NCBI GenBank assembly: GCA_040772005.1
Contig: JAXGYZ010000003.1
Location: 130,131-194,130 of the forward strand
Length of the DNA stretch: 64,000 nt
From: Anaerolineae bacterium
GTDB taxonomy: Bacteria; Chloroflexota; Anaerolineae; CG2-30-64-16
Direction of reading: 5' to 3'
Shown here: one piece after another, positions 10,902-20,990 of the stretch
Numbering within the stretch: position 1 is the stretch's first letter
Layout of the letters: each line of letters starts with the position of its first letter
Notes under the pieces: model-generated
Told to the model about the DNA's origin: nothing
The model's input: only the letters and a program-made list of their open reading frames with translations
Databases searched by the model: none
Position numbers and translations under genes: made by a program

Positions 10902-10981
10902 GGGTGTGTTTTCGCACACTGACGACAGGAAGCGCGGGCACAGCGGCGCACGGCCCCATCGTATAAAATCACCGGCACTGA

Positions 10982-12205
10982 TTGGATAAGGTGAAGAGAC
11001 GGATGAAGCACTTAGAAATATTTCCAATGTTGATGCTGGTCGCCGTACTGGCTATCGGGTGCAGCACGGGCGCGGCGCAGGAGCCGCCCACGGCCGCGCC
11101 GGTGGCGGCCGTCAGCGCGACGCCGGCAGCCACCGCGACGCCGCAGCCGCCCACGGCAACGGCCACCATGGCCGCGAGCGCTACGCCTGCACCGACAGAG
11201 ACGCCCACCAGCACGCCGACTGCGACAGCGTCACCCACCGTCACGGCGACGCCCAGCCCGACGCCTACGCCGCTGCACCCGCTGATGATCGAAGTGATGC
11301 GGCAGGGGGAGTACCCCGGCAGCGATATCGTCATCGAGCAGGTACTCCAGCCCGGCGCGAACTACCAGCGTTACCTGGCGTCGTACCTGTCCGAGGGGCT
11401 CAAGATCTACGCGCTCCTGACGGTTCCTAACGGAACTGGTCCTAACGGCGAGAAGCCCGCGACCGGCTGGCCCGCAGTCATCTTCAACCACGGTTATATT
11501 CCGCCCGCGCAGTACCGGACGACGGAGCGCTATGTCGCGTATGTCGATGCCTTTGCGCGCAGCGGGTACATCGTCTTCCGGCCCGACTACCGCGGGCACG
11601 GCAATTCGGAGGGCGAGGCGGAGGGCGGCTACGGCTCACCCGGCTACACGATCGACGTGCTGAACGCGGTCGGGTCGGTGAAGCGCTACGCGGACGCAGA
11701 CCCGGACCGCATCGGCATGTGGGGCCACTCGATGGGCGGCCACATCACGCTGCGCGCGATGGTGACGACGTCCGACATCAGGGCGGGCGTCATCTGGGCG
11801 GGCGTGATTGCCTCCTACCCGGACATGATGAACAACTGGCGGCGGCCAAGCAGCGCCCCGCCGCTCAACATCCCGGAGCGGCAGCGGCGCTGGCGGCAGG
11901 AACTGACCGACACCTACGGCACGCCGGAGGAGAACCCGGCCTTCTGGGCGACCATCTCACCCGCCAACTACCTGGCAGACCTGTCCGGCCCGGTCCAGCT
12001 GCACCACGGGACCGGGGATGTCGAGGTGCCGGTCGAGTTCTCGCGCGATGTGTACCAGCAGGCGCAGGACGAGGGGATCGGCATGCCGGTCGAGTATTAC
12101 GAGTACGCGGGCGACAATCACAACCTGTCGAACAACCTGGGCCTGGCCCTGCAGCGGTCGGTGGCGTTCTTCGACCGGTATGTGAAGAACGCGGGCGGGG
12201 AGTAG
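10982..12205 (+). CDS. Secreted lipoprotein alpha/beta hydrolase (prolyl oligopeptidase/dienelactone hydrolase-like, S9 family) with Pro/Thr/Ala-rich linker
   Basis: Signal peptide with lipobox (LAIGCSTG), low-complexity PTA-rich linker, then a hydrolase fold with nucleophile elbow GHSMGG and later HHGTGD. Confidence 0.7.
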   Translation: MDKVKRRMKHLEIFPMLMLVAVLAIGCSTGAAQEPPTAAPVAAVSATPAATATPQPPTATATMAASATPAPTETPTSTPTATASPTVTATPSPTPTPLHPLMIEVMRQGEYPGSDIVIEQVLQPGANYQRYLASYLSEGLKIYALLTVPNGTGPNGEKPATGWPAVIFNHGYIPPAQYRTTERYVAYVDAFARSGYIVFRPDYRGHGNSEGEAEGGYGSPGYTIDVLNAVGSVKRYADADPDRIGMWGHSMGGHITLRAMVTTSDIRAGVIWAGVIASYPDMMNNWRRPSSAPPLNIPERQRRWRQELTDTYGTPEENPAFWATISPANYLADLSGPVQLHHGTGDVEVPVEFSRDVYQQAQDEGIGMPVEYYEYAGDNHNLSNNLGLALQRSVAFFDRYVKNAGGE

Positions 12206-12217
12206 GGGGCGCGGCCG

Positions 12218-12298
12218 TCGTCAACGAATGGGGCAACGAATGAACGAATGGCCGTGCCGGACGAGGATTCGTTCATTCGTGGCGTGATTCGTTGACGG
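12218..12298. terminator. Nested inverted-repeat hairpin between convergent genes (hydrolase + / cgs -). Probable bidirectional terminator related to the ATTCG-rich repeat family
   Basis: CGAATGAACGAAT (12237-12249) pairs with ATTCGTTCATTCG (12267-12279). An outer pair TCAACGAATGG / CGTTGACGG adds a further stem. The element overlaps the cgs stop codon. Confidence 0.45.
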
Positions 12299-15200
12299 CC
12301 GCGCTGACGACGTCCACCCGGTGCTCCGCACCGTCATCGTGCAGTTCGACGAGGTTTCCGGCCAGCGGCCGGCCGTCCACGGTGATGGTCGGGGCGGCCG
12401 AGCTCCCGTCACGGCGCACCTGGATGTGATAGGTGGCCGAGCCGTGGCGGTAGGTGGCCTCGAAGCCGGGCCAATCCGGCGGGATGCAGGGGTCGATCTG
12501 CAGGCCGCCCGCTGTCCGGCGGAGACCGAGGATGCCCTCAATCCCCAGGCGATACATCCAGGCCGCGGAGCCGGTGTACCACGTCCAACCGCCCCGGCCC
12601 GTATGGGGCGCGACGCTGTAGACATCGGCGGCAATCACGTAAGGCTCGACCTTGTACCGGTCCACGGCGGCCGCGGTGTCCGCATGGAGGACCGGGTTGA
12701 GCAGCCGGAAGAGCCTCTCGGCGGTGGCTGCGCGGCCGAGCTCGAGATACGCCCAGGTCGTCCAGATGGCAGCATGGGTATACTGGCCTCCGTTCTCGCG
12801 CGTGCCGGGCACGTAGCCCTTGATATAGCCTGGGTCATGCGGCGTCTGGTCGAAGGGCGGGGTGAACAGCAGGAGCAAGCGGTCCTCAGCGCGTACCAGG
12901 CGCTCCAGCACGGCATCCATCGCCCGGCCCGTTCGGACAGGATCGCCGGCCCCGGACAGCACGGACCACGATTGCGCGATGGCGTCGATCTGGCACTCGC
13001 TGTCCGAGCCCGAGCCCAGCGGCGTGCCGTCATCGTAGTAGGCCCGCAGGTACCAGTCGCCATCCCAGCCGTGCGCCTCCAGCGCCTCCTGCAATGCGGC
13101 GGCCTGCTCGCGGTAGGCGACGCCCTGGGCTGCATCGCCGCGCGCCTCGCACACGGCTGCAAAGCGCACGAGCGTTGCGTGCAAGAACCACCCGAGCCAG
13201 ATGCTCTCGCCCCGGCCCTCGACGCCGACGCGATTCATGCCGTCGTTCCAGTCGCCGCTCCCCATCAGCGGCAGGCCATGCCCGCCGGCCGTGTGCCCGC
13301 GTTCGAGCGCGCGGCGGCAGTGGTCGTACAGCGTCCCCTGGAAGGTCGTGGACGCATACTCGCCGTAACGATCGTCTTCGCCCTCTGCGAGCGGCGGCGC
13401 TTGCAGGAAGGGCACTCGTTCGTCCAGGATGGACAGGTCGCCGGTGGCCTCGATGTAGTGGGCTGTGACGTAGGGCAGCCACAGCAGGTCATCGGAGCAG
13501 CGGGTGCGCACCCCGCGGCCTGACGGCGGGTGCCACCAATGCAGTACGTCGCCGTCCTCGAACTGGCGGCCGGCCGCGTTGAGGATGTGCGCGCGGGCCA
13601 GGTGGGGCGCGGCATGGACCGCGGCCATAACGTCCTGCAACTGGTCGCGGAAGCCGAACGCGCCGCTCGACTGATAGAAGCCCGAACGCCCCCAGATGCG
13701 GCAGGCGAGGCTCTGGTACAGCAGCCAGCGGTTCAGCAGCAGGTCCATGCTCGGTTCAGGCGTCCGGACCTGCACGGCGTCCAGCAGGCCGTCCCAGAAA
13801 CCGTGCACGGCCTGCCAAGCCTGCTCGACTGCGTCTCCGTCCTGGTAGCGGCACGCCAGCGCGAGGGCCTCGGCGCGGTCTGCGCCCTGGCCGAGCAGGA
13901 ACCACACTTCGTCGCTGCCGCCCGGCGGCAGGTCGATGTGTACCTGCAGGGCTGCGCAGGGGTCGAGGCCGGCCTGGATCGTGCCGCTCAGGCCGATGCG
14001 CTGCAGCGCGGCCGGGCACCCGAGCGTCCCGTGCCGGCCGAGAAACTCCGCGCGATCTGCTGTCAGGCCGTGCAGCCGCCGGCTCGGCGCGGCGAACGCC
14101 ACCCGCTCGCCGAACTCGGGATACCACGGATTGCGGGCCAGCAGTGCCTGGCTATCGTCGTCGAAGTCGGGGATGACGAATTGCGCGGTGGCGGCGCGAC
14201 TCGTGCCGAGCAGCCATTCCGCATAAAAGGTGGCGGTGATGCGCCGCGGCCGCTCCGTGGCATTCTCCAGGCGCAGATGGACGATCTTCACCGCCGCGTC
14301 AGGCGGCACGAAGAGACGCAGGCGCTGGCGCAGCCCGTGGCTGTGATGCTCGAAGGTCGTGTAGCCCGCGCCGTGACGCACGAGGTAGGGCTGGTCGGCG
14401 CCCGCGGGCTGCGGCGTGGGCGTCCAGACTTCTGCGGTCTCCTCATCGCGCAGGTACAGCGCCTCGCCCGGCGGGTCGGTCACGGGGTCGTTCGACCAGG
14501 GGGTCAGCCGGTTCTCGCCGCTGTTCAGCGCCCAGGTGTAGCCGCCGCCCGATTCCGAGACGAGGAAGCCGAACGCGGGGTTGGCCACGACGTTGACCCA
14601 CGGCACAGGCGTCGGATGTGGCGGGTCAAGGTAGATGACGTATTCCCTGCCGTCAGGACTGAAGCCGCCCAGCCCGTTATCGAAGGCGAGGTCCGCCGGC
14701 CGCATGACCGGCGGGAGGGGCGGCCCGGCCTGCTCCGGCACAGGGGTCGGCGCAAAGGCGGGCAACGGCGCGGGCTGTTGGCCCAGTCGCGCCAGCGTGC
14801 CGGCCAGGTTCCCCGCATCCGCATCCAGGATCACGCGCGCCGTCGTCTGCAGGAGAGTGTTGGCCGCCTCGTTCAACTGGTGGGCATAGAGCAGGAAGAT
14901 GCCGCCGCGCTGATTGAGCCAGACGTCGCTATCCATGCGTGTGAGCAGCCGCTGAATCTGGTCGCGCAGCCCCTGGTCATAGCCAGCCAACTGCGTGTTG
15001 AGGATCACCAGGTCGATCATCAGGCCGCGCTTGCGCCAGTAAGCATGGGCGCGCAGCAGTTCGCGCACGAACCCCAGCGCTTCTTCTTCCGCGATGCGCA
15101 CGAGGAGCAGCGGATAGTCGCCCGAGATGCCATGAGCCCACAGGTCGGGTTGGCCCCGTGTGTTAGCCTGCAGGACCTCCGGCTCGGCCCGGAGCCCATG

Positions 15201-18200
15201 GTGCCCGTAGAGCAGCGCGGACAGCAGCGTCTGGAAGCGCTCGAGATCGGCGGATGACAGTGTGGACTGGCGCAGCTCGAGTTCGGCGCGCGCGCGCGAC
15301 TGACCGATGGCGTGCTCAACCGAGGGCCAGGCCCGGTAGCGCTCGATGGTTGCCTGCAGCGCCTCGCGGGAGGGGGCCGCGGCGGTGATGAACGCGAGCT
15401 GGGTGGTGGCGCCGCCCGGCAGTTCGACCTCATACTGCAACGCCATGATGGGGTCCAGCGTGGCGCCGACCGAGCCGCGCAACTGGCCGCCGGGACCTGT
15501 ATCTTGTGAGCCGGCCAGCGCGGCCGGCGCGGCCACGCCCGCCGTTCCACGGCCAAGGAACGCGGCCCGGTCGCTCTCATAGCCGGCTGCCCGCGCGGTG
15601 TCGGCGCCCTCGCTGAGCACGAAATGGGCCATAAAGACCGGTGCATCGCTCGCGGCGCGCGGGCGCCGCCTGAACAGGAGCGCGCCCGTTTCGGACTGAT
15701 ATTCGCTTTCGATGAACAGCTTGCTGAAGGCCGGGTGACGCTGGTCTGTCGCCGGGTCGGTCATGACCACTTCGGCATAGCTGGTGAGCGCCAGCCGCCG
15801 GGCCTGCTCGCCCTGGTTGTGCAGCGTGACGCGGCGGATTTCGGCATCGTCATCCGGGGCCACCGCGACCTCCAGCGTCAGCGCAATCTGGTCGTCGGTG
15901 CGCTGGAATTCAGCCTTGTGTGGGTAGAAGCGCACTTCGCTCGCCGCTGGCGCCACACCTGCCGGCTGATGCGTGGCCGACCACAGCCGGCCGCTCGCAC
16001 GGTCCTGCACGTAGAGCCAGGTGCCCCAGTTATCGCGCGTGGTGTCGGGCTGCCAGCGGGTCAGCGCGATGTCGCCCCAGCGGCTTTGGCCGGCGCCGGC
16101 TGCGGATATCAACACGCTGTAGGTTCCGTTCGACAGGCTATGGACAGCGGGCATGGGCGCGTGCACGTGGACCGGCCAGGGCGCGGAGACCACCGGCGCA
16201 ACTGACCTGCGGGCCGGCGCAGCGTCGCCGGGCTGCGGGAACTCGAGCGGCGCATCCGTCGGCACGCGCTCCTGCAGCAGGAGGTCCACGCTTTGGAGGA
16301 GCGGGTCGGCATGGAAGCGCTGCGGCATGGGTGCTTCCTCGCCTGTGCGCAGCTCGTAGAGATAGTTGTCCAGCGCCAGGAAGATCATGCCCTGGTGATG
16401 CGCCATGTACTCGCGCACGACTGCGTGGTCACGGCCGAGCGGCAGGCGGCTGGCCGTGAAATCCAGCGCCTCATAGAGCCCGTAGATGCCGAGGCCGCCC
16501 AGCCGCGCCAGATGTGCCACGTTGTCCACGACCTCGGCCGGGCGGAACGGCAGGGCCAGCAGCGAAGCGTACGGTGCGACGACCGCGTCCTCGGCCAGGT
16601 CGCGCTTGTAGCCCAGCCCGGGCACGCCGAACGCGCGATACCGGTAGTTGTTGTTGCCGTCCAGCGCGTAGAAGCCCGACTCGGAGATGCCCCAGGGCTG
16701 TCCCCGGCGCCGGCCGTAGGCAATCTGGTGATCCACGGCCGCGGTCGCGCTCTCATGCAGCAGGGTCCCGGCATAGGAGCGCATGAACAGCGAGGGCATC
16801 AGGTACTCGAACATGGTGGCGCTCCAGGACAGCAGCGCACGGGCGCCGTTGACCTGGGTGAGCGGCCGGGCCAGGTGCATCCAATGGCTGCGGGGCACCT
16901 CGCGCTTGGCGAGGGCCACCAGGCTGGCGATGCGGGCCTCGGATGCGAGCAGGTCGTAATAGTTCTGGTCCAGCTTGCCCGCGGGCACGTTGTAGCCGAT
17001 GTGGAAGACCTCGCGCTGGCGGTCGAACAGGAAGGCGAAATCTATCTCCCGGAAGTACTGCTCGGCCTGCGTCTCGATGTCGGTGAGGCCAGTCAGGAGT
17101 TCCTCGCCCATCGTCCGGGCTGCCGCGAGCTTCTCACACAGCGCGTCGCACCAGCTATGTACGTCGGCCACCTGGTGCGCATCGTACCGGTCCGCAGGGA
17201 GTTGGTCCACTGCAGCGAGGAGCCGGTCGACTGCCGCCTGCATCGCGGCGACGGCTGCCGGGTACTCTGCGAACGGGGGGATGCTCTGGAGGCTCTCCGC
17301 CAGTTCGTCATACGCGGCCCTCAGCGAATCCGGCAGTTCCGCCGCCTGGAGCAGGGCCGGCCGCTCCCTCAGCCAGGCGAGACCGGGCAGGAGCAGGTCA
17401 ACCGTACGGTGGAAGGTGGATATCTGGTTCTTGATGCGCCCGACCGCGATGCGCAGCGTGCCCAGGGCCGCAGTGCCGATCACCGGCGCGTTCTCTGAGA
17501 TGAGCTGCGTGAGCAGGGTTTCCAGGCGCGGCCAGCCCTCGCCGGCAACGTAGTCGAGGGTTGGACGCCACTTCGCCGGCTCGGCTTCGGCGGCCAGCAC
17601 GCCGTTACGCAGTTCGCCGAGCAGCGTCCGCAGGTCGCGGGCGCCGGAGAGATTCTGCGCGGTTGCGAGGTCAGCCAGGAAATCATCGAGCAGACTCAAT
17701 GTATCGGCCATGCCCTCCCAGCGGGCCCACCGCAGCACCGGCGCCGCGCGCACCTGCTCGCAGGCACGGCCGAGGATCCGCAGGCAGGCGGCGAGGTTGC
17801 CGCTGTCCACAGTCGATACGTAAGCCGGCGCCAGCGGAGCGAGGCTGCGCGTGTCATACCAGTTCAGGAAGTGGCCGCGAAAGCGTTCCAACTGCGCGAG
17901 GCTCTCGAAGGTCGCGCGCAGCCGGGAAACGAGGTTGATGGCGCCGATGTAGCCCAGGTCGTAGGCAGCGAGCGTGGAGAGCAGGAGCAGGCCCACGTTG
18001 GTGGGCGATGTATAGGACGCGACCTTGCCGAGCGGCGCTTCCTGGTAGTGGTCCGGGGGCAGCCAGTGGTCCTCCGGCCCGACAAAATCCTCGAAGAACA
18101 GCCAGGTGCGCCGGGCCAGGCTGTGCAGCGCGGTGCGCTGCGCCGCAGTGAGCGGTGCATGTTCGCGCCGGACGGGCTGGCTGATGCGAAAGGCGATCTC

Positions 18201-20990
18201 GGGGGCGATGGCCCAGAGGAGCAACAGGGGCAGGGCCGCAAACAGGCTGCCGGGCCGCAGCAGGGACAGGACGACGGCTGACGCAACTGCCACGAGCGGT
18301 GAGGCCAGCATCGTCCGCCAGGTGGGCCCGCGGCTGGCGGCCACCATCTGGGCCGACTGTGCAGCCGTCACCCATTCCAGCAGCCGCCGCCGGGTGAGCA
18401 GCACGCGCACCAGGCTGGCGCCGATCGCGTCGAGCATCTGCGCGGCTTCGAACGGCAGGAAGGCGACGGCGAGCAGCCAGCGGCGGAGCCCCGGCCACAG
18501 CGAGCGGGCCGCCTGCCGCCAGGCCAGCGGACCGCGGCCGCGGACGACGGGCGTCAGCGCGCCGGTCAGCGGCGGCACGGCGAGTGCGCCGACCGCGGCG
18601 ACCGTCCACACCAGGGCTGCGCCGGGCAGGAAGAGCCAACCGGCCAGGAGCATCAGCAGGAGGGCAGGCGCGAGCAGGCTGCGCCGCAGGTTGTCGAGCA
18701 GCTTCCAGGTATCGATCCGGTCGAAGTCGGCCCGGACCTCCGGCAGCCCGGCGGGCTTCAGCAGGCGCGGCAGCAGCCACGGCAGGAGCTGCCAGTCGCC
18801 GCGGGTCCAGCGGTGCAGGCGGCGCACGTGCGCCAGGTAAGTGGCCGGATATTCCTCATACACCACGATATCGGTGACCAGCCCGACGCGGGCGTGGATC
18901 CCCTCGAACAGGTCGTGACTGAGCAGGGTGTTCTCCGGCGCGCGGCCGTCCAGGCTGCGCTCGAAGGCGTCGATGTCGTAGATGCCCTTGCCCACATAGA
19001 TGCCGCTGCCGAACAAATCCTGATAGACGTTGGAGACGGCATTGGTGTACAGGTCCAGGCCGATATCGCCCGCGAAGATGCGGCTGAAGTGCGAGTAGTT
19101 GGCGCTGGCCGGGACAATCTCGGTGCGGGGTTGGAGCAGCCCATACCCGCGGCGCACCCGGCCCGTCTCGGGATCGGCCGCGGCGCGGTTGAGCGGATGG
19201 GCCAGGGTGGCGATGAGCGCACGCGCGCCGTCGCGGCCCAGGATGGTATCGGCGTCCAGGGTGATGACGTACTTCACTTGGCGGAGCGCGGCGGTCGGGC
19301 CAATGTAGGACACGATGGACGTATCCGTCGCGCCGCGCAGCCAGCGGTTCAACTCGTGCAGCTTACCGCGCTTTCGCTCCCAGCCAATCCACCGGCCTTC
19401 CTTGGGGTTCCAGCGGCGCTCGCGGTGAAACATGCAGAACGGGCCCTCGGCTGCGCCGGAGAGCGCCGCATAGCGTTCGTTCAACTGCGCGATGCCCGCG
19501 CGCTGCTGCTCCAGGAGCGCTTCGTCGCCCGGCAGATGTTGCTCGTCGGCATCGACGAAGTCGGTCAGCAGGGCGAAATACAGGTTGGCGTCGGGGTTGC
19601 GCAGGTAGTGCTGCTCGATCTGGCGCAGCAGCGAGGCCACGTCCTCCGCATCACCGATCAGCGCGGGCACGACCACCAGGCTGCGCAGGGCATCGGGAAT
19701 GGTCGTCGCGCCGGACTGCTCGGCCAGGTCGAGCTTGGGCAGGGTGCGAGGCGGAACGATCAGGGTGATAATCCAGTCGACCGTCGCGATGGCTGCTGCA
19801 AGGGCCGGCATGAACGTGACGCCGACCGCCAGCAAGACCAGCCACGGGGAGCCCCCCTGTGTCGCGGCGTACAGCGCCGCGCCGAGCACCAGGAACGCGG
19901 TCAAAAACGCGGTGGAGCCCATGTAGACGCGGGCGGGATGCGCGAGCATGGCGCGCATGAGCCGGCTGCTGAGAGAAAAGCGGGCACCCACGCGACGTTC
20001 CAACGCGGTCCGGCCTTCGTCGACCAGGTAGTAACCCACGTGCGCCGCGGGGGGTGCAGCGAAGCCTGTCCAGGTCGCGTCCTCCGCTGCAGCTCCATCG
20101 GCTGCCCGCGTGGTCGGCGCGTATGACAGGTCCGCGCCGGCGCGCTGTGCCAGCTCGATGGCGGCCGCCGCGACATCTCGCTCGCTCTGCCCGCTCGCCA
20201 GCGCGAGGTCTTCGACGCGCCCGCGATAGCGATCCCGGGTGGCGCGGTCCATATGGCGGTAGACATCAGCGGGATCGGTGCGGAGGATCTGTTCCACCTG
20301 GCTGACGCTTTCGAAGAAGTCGCGCCAGTCGAAGTTGGCCATGGTGCGCAGGCTGGTGAAGCAGTTGCCCACGACCTCGTCGTCCGTGAGCGTATGGAGA
20401 AGCGGAGGCGCTGCAGGGCCGCGCGAAGCGCGCATCTCTGCCTCAGCCAGGGCGCGCCCGGTCACATCGCCGGCCGCGCGCGTCAGGACGGAGAGGATAC
20501 CCCAGCGGAGCATGACCGGCAACGCCCAGATTTCGCCGATGGTCAGCGGCTGGGATTCCTGGTAGAGGGCGACAAAGCGGCGCACGCGCTCCATATCGAG
20601 CCGCGCATCGCTCTGCGTCACCAGCCGCTGCGCGATGTCGTAGATGCGCGGGTAACCGCGCAGCGGACCGTCCACCAGCTTGGGCAACTGCCCGTAGTAG
20701 CTGCGGGGCATGTCCTCGCGCACCTGGCGCAGGGCTTGCTGTGCCAGGTGCAGGTTATCCAGCATCCACTCGGCCGCGTGCGAGAGCGTCTGCTCGCCCT
20801 GTCCATCGCGCAGGTAGGCGACCGTTGCGGCCAGAAAGGTTTCCCGGGCCGCGATGCTCTCCAGCAGCCAGGGTTCGCGGCCGCGGCCAGGCTCGGCCCT
20901 GCCCTGAGCCGCGGCCAGGTGAGCGAGGGTTTGTGTGTCTGCTGAGTCGGGAGCGATCCCCGGTCCGGTGTCGTGTCTTTCCTCGCTCAT
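12273..20990 (-). CDS. Cyclic beta-1,2-glucan synthase (Cgs/NdvB/ChvB family): membrane GT84 glycosyltransferase domain plus C-terminal GH94 phosphorylase-like domain
   Basis: 2905-aa ORF with TM segments around the GT domain, DxD and the (R/H)W.RGDWQ-type motif (LHRWTRGDWQLLPWL), and a C-terminal alpha/alpha-toroid cellobiose-phosphorylase-like region. Size and architecture match NdvB. Confidence 0.85.
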   Translation of the reverse strand: MSEERHDTGPGIAPDSADTQTLAHLAAAQGRAEPGRGREPWLLESIAARETFLAATVAYLRDGQGEQTLSHAAEWMLDNLHLAQQALRQVREDMPRSYYGQLPKLVDGPLRGYPRIYDIAQRLVTQSDARLDMERVRRFVALYQESQPLTIGEIWALPVMLRWGILSVLTRAAGDVTGRALAEAEMRASRGPAAPPLLHTLTDDEVVGNCFTSLRTMANFDWRDFFESVSQVEQILRTDPADVYRHMDRATRDRYRGRVEDLALASGQSERDVAAAAIELAQRAGADLSYAPTTRAADGAAAEDATWTGFAAPPAAHVGYYLVDEGRTALERRVGARFSLSSRLMRAMLAHPARVYMGSTAFLTAFLVLGAALYAATQGGSPWLVLLAVGVTFMPALAAAIATVDWIITLIVPPRTLPKLDLAEQSGATTIPDALRSLVVVPALIGDAEDVASLLRQIEQHYLRNPDANLYFALLTDFVDADEQHLPGDEALLEQQRAGIAQLNERYAALSGAAEGPFCMFHRERRWNPKEGRWIGWERKRGKLHELNRWLRGATDTSIVSYIGPTAALRQVKYVITLDADTILGRDGARALIATLAHPLNRAAADPETGRVRRGYGLLQPRTEIVPASANYSHFSRIFAGDIGLDLYTNAVSNVYQDLFGSGIYVGKGIYDIDAFERSLDGRAPENTLLSHDLFEGIHARVGLVTDIVVYEEYPATYLAHVRRLHRWTRGDWQLLPWLLPRLLKPAGLPEVRADFDRIDTWKLLDNLRRSLLAPALLLMLLAGWLFLPGAALVWTVAAVGALAVPPLTGALTPVVRGRGPLAWRQAARSLWPGLRRWLLAVAFLPFEAAQMLDAIGASLVRVLLTRRRLLEWVTAAQSAQMVAASRGPTWRTMLASPLVAVASAVVLSLLRPGSLFAALPLLLLWAIAPEIAFRISQPVRREHAPLTAAQRTALHSLARRTWLFFEDFVGPEDHWLPPDHYQEAPLGKVASYTSPTNVGLLLLSTLAAYDLGYIGAINLVSRLRATFESLAQLERFRGHFLNWYDTRSLAPLAPAYVSTVDSGNLAACLRILGRACEQVRAAPVLRWARWEGMADTLSLLDDFLADLATAQNLSGARDLRTLLGELRNGVLAAEAEPAKWRPTLDYVAGEGWPRLETLLTQLISENAPVIGTAALGTLRIAVGRIKNQISTFHRTVDLLLPGLAWLRERPALLQAAELPDSLRAAYDELAESLQSIPPFAEYPAAVAAMQAAVDRLLAAVDQLPADRYDAHQVADVHSWCDALCEKLAAARTMGEELLTGLTDIETQAEQYFREIDFAFLFDRQREVFHIGYNVPAGKLDQNYYDLLASEARIASLVALAKREVPRSHWMHLARPLTQVNGARALLSWSATMFEYLMPSLFMRSYAGTLLHESATAAVDHQIAYGRRRGQPWGISESGFYALDGNNNYRYRAFGVPGLGYKRDLAEDAVVAPYASLLALPFRPAEVVDNVAHLARLGGLGIYGLYEALDFTASRLPLGRDHAVVREYMAHHQGMIFLALDNYLYELRTGEEAPMPQRFHADPLLQSVDLLLQERVPTDAPLEFPQPGDAAPARRSVAPVVSAPWPVHVHAPMPAVHSLSNGTYSVLISAAGAGQSRWGDIALTRWQPDTTRDNWGTWLYVQDRASGRLWSATHQPAGVAPAASEVRFYPHKAEFQRTDDQIALTLEVAVAPDDDAEIRRVTLHNQGEQARRLALTSYAEVVMTDPATDQRHPAFSKLFIESEYQSETGALLFRRRPRAASDAPVFMAHFVLSEGADTARAAGYESDRAAFLGRGTAGVAAPAALAGSQDTGPGGQLRGSVGATLDPIMALQYEVELPGGATTQLAFITAAAPSREALQATIERYRAWPSVEHAIGQSRARAELELRQSTLSSADLERFQTLLSALLYGHHGLRAEPEVLQANTRGQPDLWAHGISGDYPLLLVRIAEEEALGFVRELLRAHAYWRKRGLMIDLVILNTQLAGYDQGLRDQIQRLLTRMDSDVWLNQRGGIFLLYAHQLNEAANTLLQTTARVILDADAGNLAGTLARLGQQPAPLPAFAPTPVPEQAGPPLPPVMRPADLAFDNGLGGFSPDGREYVIYLDPPHPTPVPWVNVVANPAFGFLVSESGGGYTWALNSGENRLTPWSNDPVTDPPGEALYLRDEETAEVWTPTPQPAGADQPYLVRHGAGYTTFEHHSHGLRQRLRLFVPPDAAVKIVHLRLENATERPRRITATFYAEWLLGTSRAATAQFVIPDFDDDSQALLARNPWYPEFGERVAFAAPSRRLHGLTADRAEFLGRHGTLGCPAALQRIGLSGTIQAGLDPCAALQVHIDLPPGGSDEVWFLLGQGADRAEALALACRYQDGDAVEQAWQAVHGFWDGLLDAVQVRTPEPSMDLLLNRWLLYQSLACRIWGRSGFYQSSGAFGFRDQLQDVMAAVHAAPHLARAHILNAAGRQFEDGDVLHWWHPPSGRGVRTRCSDDLLWLPYVTAHYIEATGDLSILDERVPFLQAPPLAEGEDDRYGEYASTTFQGTLYDHCRRALERGHTAGGHGLPLMGSGDWNDGMNRVGVEGRGESIWLGWFLHATLVRFAAVCEARGDAAQGVAYREQAAALQEALEAHGWDGDWYLRAYYDDGTPLGSGSDSECQIDAIAQSWSVLSGAGDPVRTGRAMDAVLERLVRAEDRLLLLFTPPFDQTPHDPGYIKGYVPGTRENGGQYTHAAIWTTWAYLELGRAATAERLFRLLNPVLHADTAAAVDRYKVEPYVIAADVYSVAPHTGRGGWTWYTGSAAWMYRLGIEGILGLRRTAGGLQIDPCIPPDWPGFEATYRHGSATYHIQVRRDGSSAAPTITVDGRPLAGNLVELHDDGAEHRVDVVSAAVNESRHE

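Noticed and set aside
10724-10966. Small ORFs inside the MITE copies (10724-10966 +, 10738-10959 -, 36018-36374 +, 36035-36292 -) giving near-identical peptides
   Set aside because: Identity is a consequence of the repeated DNA. The ORFs span the TIR/TSD boundaries, have no RBS and no protein-like features. The element is better explained as a non-coding MITE.
13530-15257. Many long ORFs on the opposite strand of real genes. Examples: 13530-15257 (+) 575 aa; 16293-17498 (+); 18813-20126 (+); 21855-23819 (+) 654 aa; 28294-29829 (+) 511 aa; 40158-42500 (-) 780 aa; 44489-46828 (-) 779 aa; 52008-55733 (-) 1241 aa; 55936-57462 (-) 508 aa; 29919-30887 (-).
   Set aside because: They lie antisense to well-supported genes with clear homology. 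Their Arg/Ala/Gly/Pro-rich low-complexity translations are typical of stop-codon-poor frames in ~70% GC DNA. None has an RBS, recognisable motifs or independent support.
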